Source of the DNA: Bryobacterales bacterium
GTDB taxonomy: Bacteria; Acidobacteriota; Terriglobia; Bryobacterales; Bryobacteraceae
Assembly (NCBI GenBank): GCA_019261985.1
Contig: JAFAQY010000106.1
Location: 22,214-86,213, forward strand
Direction of reading: 5' to 3'
DNA length: 64,000 bases
Made by a program: the position numbers and the translations under genes. Below are positions 62,085 through 64,000 of the stretch, one piece after another. Under the pieces are notes generated by a model. That model was not told the DNA's origin. It did not search any database and worked only from the letters and a program-made list of their open reading frames with translations. Every line of letters begins with the position of its first letter. The stretch's first letter is position 1.

Positions 62085-63254
62085 CTACCGAGTAAGCGCT
62101 TGCGCCAAATCCTCGATGAGATCCTGCGCATTCTCCAATCCGATGGAACAACGGAGCAGATTCTGGGGAGTCTTCGATCCCGGTCCTTCGATCGACGCAC
62201 GGTGTTCGATCAAGCTGTGGGTGCCCCCGAGGCTGGTCGCGCGGGTAAACAGACGTACCCGCGCGGCCACGCCCATCGCTTCTTCCCGCCCACCGTGCAC
62301 CTGAAAGGAAAGCATCCCGCCCCCGCCCGGCATCTGCTTCTGCGCTGTTGCGTATCCGGGATGCGGCGGCAGGCCGGGATAAAACACCCGCTCCACCGCC
62401 GGATGCGTTTGTAAAAACCCCGCGATGGATTTTGCGTTCGCGCAATGCGCGCGCATGCGCCACGGAAGAGTGCTGATTCCCCGCAGCGTGAGCCAACAGT
62501 CGAACGGCGAGGGCGCCGCCCCGCCGAACATCAATGATTTCCGCGCCCGCTCGAAAAGATAATTGTCGCAGCGCGTGATCAGGGCGCCCCCCGTCGCGTC
62601 GCTATGCCCGCCGATGTATTTCGTGGTGGAGTGCCAAACCATGTCGATACCCCAGTCCAGTGGACGCTGAACGACAGGCGTGGTGAACGTCGCATCGCAC
62701 ACGCTGATCGCGTTCGCTTTCCGCGCGATCTGCGCTACGGCCTCAAGATCCGTAATTTTCAGCAGCGGGTTCGATGGCGTCTCAATCAGCACCAGCCTGG
62801 TATTTGGCCGAACCGCTTCGCGCACGGCGTCGAGATCGGTCATGTCCACGTAGCTTGTCTCGACGGGCCACTTGCCGAAAATACCGCCGATCAGCTGTCG
62901 CAGGCCGTAGTAAACATCGTCCGGCGCGATGATGTGGTCCCCGGGTTCCAGCCCTTGCACCAGCGCTGTCGCGACCGCCAGCCCCGATGAAAAAGCCAGT
63001 GATTCTTTGCCACCCTCCATGGCGGCCAGGCATTCCTCAAGCGACCTCCGTGAAGGATTTCCTTCGCGCGCATAGCTGAACCCGAGCGGGTACTCGCCGC
63101 TCGGGCTGCGCTCAAACGTAGTGGAAAGGTGGATCGGCGGCGTCACCGCTCCCGTGCCGGGATCGATCTGCCGTCCGGCATGCACCGCCAGCGTTTCGAT
63201 TTTCATAGCTTGCGCTTTAGGGCTATTCGCTTTAGGGCCATTCATGGATTGCAT
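62085..63254 (-). CDS. Cys/Met-metabolism PLP-dependent enzyme (cystathionine gamma-synthase/gamma-lyase family)
   Basis: 389-aa ORF. The PLP-lysine context is VWHSTTKYIGGHSDATGG. The N-terminal MKIETLAVHAG suggests the true start may be the ATG at 63206. Confidence 0.85.
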   Translation of the reverse strand: MQSMNGPKANSPKAQAMKIETLAVHAGRQIDPGTGAVTPPIHLSTTFERSPSGEYPLGFSYAREGNPSRRSLEECLAAMEGGKESLAFSSGLAVATALVQGLEPGDHIIAPDDVYYGLRQLIGGIFGKWPVETSYVDMTDLDAVREAVRPNTRLVLIETPSNPLLKITDLEAVAQIARKANAISVCDATFTTPVVQRPLDWGIDMVWHSTTKYIGGHSDATGGALITRCDNYLFERARKSLMFGGAAPSPFDCWLTLRGISTLPWRMRAHCANAKSIAGFLQTHPAVERVFYPGLPPHPGYATAQKQMPGGGGMLSFQVHGGREEAMGVAARVRLFTRATSLGGTHSLIEHRASIEGPGSKTPQNLLRCSIGLENAQDLIEDLAQALTR

Positions 63255-63345
63255 GGTAACCCGCGGCCATTACAGCAGCGGCCCACTATACTGAATTGAG
63301 CATTGCCCCTTCGAACGCCGCCCGCGATGCTGCGGGAATCCAACG

Positions 63346-64000
63346 ATGAATCTTCTCCTTTCGATTCTTGCTTCCGACATCCTGCCGGTTTTCGCAATCG
63401 CCGGCGCGGGATTTCTTCTGGCGCGATTCGCGGGAGTGGATGTAAAGATTCTGGCGCGGGTGGTGTTTTACTCGCTTTTGCCGTGCCTTGCCTTCCGGCT
63501 GCTCGTAACCTCAACTGCCTCCGGACCAAATGTTATCCGCCTGATGTTCCTCGCCGTGCTGATCATGGGCGCCATGGGCATTGTGGGATGCGTCGCCGGC
63601 AAGGCCCTCCGTCTGGACAGCAAGCTTCTGCGCGCGTTCATCATGATCGTGATGTTTTCAAATGGCGGGAACTACGGCCTTCCGGTGGTGAGGTTCGCAT
63701 TCGGCAACGAAGCCCTGACCTATGCGACGATTTTTTTCCTGACGGGCTCTGTAGTGACGTATGTTGCCGGAGCCTTCTTCGCGGGCAGCCACCGCAAAAA
63801 CATCGCCGGCGCTCTCGAAAAGGTCTGGAAAATGCCTTCGTTATACGGCATAGGATTGGCGCTGATTGTGCTCGCCATCGGCCGGCCCGTGCCGGAAGCG
63901 ATCATGCGCCCGATCGTCCTTCTTAGCGACGCCGCGCTTCCGCTCATGATCCTTGTCCTGGGTATGCAGCTTGAGCGCGCCGTCTGGCCCGCGCAACCCC
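63346..64000 (+). CDS. AEC-family (auxin efflux carrier-like) membrane transporter; the 3' end runs off the window end
   Basis: Absent from the ORF track because there is no stop codon in the window. The ATG at 63346 gives MNLLLSILASDILPVFAIAGAGFLLARF...MFSNGGNYGLPVV...LPLMILVLGMQL, a multi-helix AEC-like sequence, open to the window end. Confidence 0.7.
   Translation, partial: MNLLLSILASDILPVFAIAGAGFLLARFAGVDVKILARVVFYSLLPCLAFRLLVTSTASGPNVIRLMFLAVLIMGAMGIVGCVAGKALRLDSKLLRAFIMIVMFSNGGNYGLPVVRFAFGNEALTYATIFFLTGSVVTYVAGAFFAGSHRKNIAGALEKVWKMPSLYGIGLALIVLAIGRPVPEAIMRPIVLLSDAALPLMILVLGMQLERAVWPAQP

Noticed and set aside
61759-62496. 245-aa minus-strand ORF bridging the tannase and PLP-enzyme genes.
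   Set aside because: It overlaps the 5' end of the tannase gene and the 3' end of the PLP-enzyme gene in other frames, and its composition is Arg/Gly/Ala-rich. It is not credible as a separate gene.

Overview
This is a GC-rich chromosomal window that looks acidobacterial, probably Solibacter/Bryobacter-like. The evidence is three CarboxypepD_reg-type TonB-dependent receptors ending in a terminal Phe, a PadR plus duplicated orphan permease (ADOP) pair, and a protein with the Solibacter-type C-terminal domain. The window has three themes.

(1) Bases 1-19.5 kb hold a repeated periplasmic sugar-oxidation toolkit. It contains 2 soluble PQQ-dependent dehydrogenases, 4 paralogous xylose-isomerase-like TIM-barrel proteins that all carry twin-arginine signals, 2 TonB receptors, a ThuA-like protein, a BNR/sialidase-like propeller, an MFS transporter and an MBL-fold hydrolase. 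A conserved 30-nt palindromic element plus promoter lies upstream of two of these operons.

(2) Bases 20-43.5 kb are the most interesting part. They contain two complete paralogous quinohemoprotein amine dehydrogenase (QHNDH)-type loci. Each encodes qhpA (di-heme alpha), qhpD (radical SAM/SPASM), qhpC (small crosslinked gamma precursor) and qhpB (beta-propeller). There is only one qhpF (ABC exporter) plus qhpE (subtilisin-like protease) pair, a detached QhpG/LodB-like flavoprotein, and a third orphan qhpA-like di-heme gene coupled to a small DUF6152-like protein. Both gamma precursors keep every canonical crosslinking residue and share an extra Cys-X5-Asp motif, a candidate fourth thioether crosslink.

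(3) Bases 43.5-64 kb hold several separate items:
- a decayed arsenic-resistance remnant (arsC intact, an aquaporin with an in-frame TAG, a frameshifted arsM), bounded by a tRNA 3' fragment and a frameshifted, 3'-truncated ADOP permease
- comF and an HNH endonuclease
- an S46 peptidase
- a fliW-csrA-flagellin module with a 1245-aa giant flagellin and a textbook CsrA-binding leader
- a tannase-family esterase, a transsulfuration PLP enzyme and a partial AEC transporter

No CRISPR array, rRNA gene or intact tRNA gene was seen.
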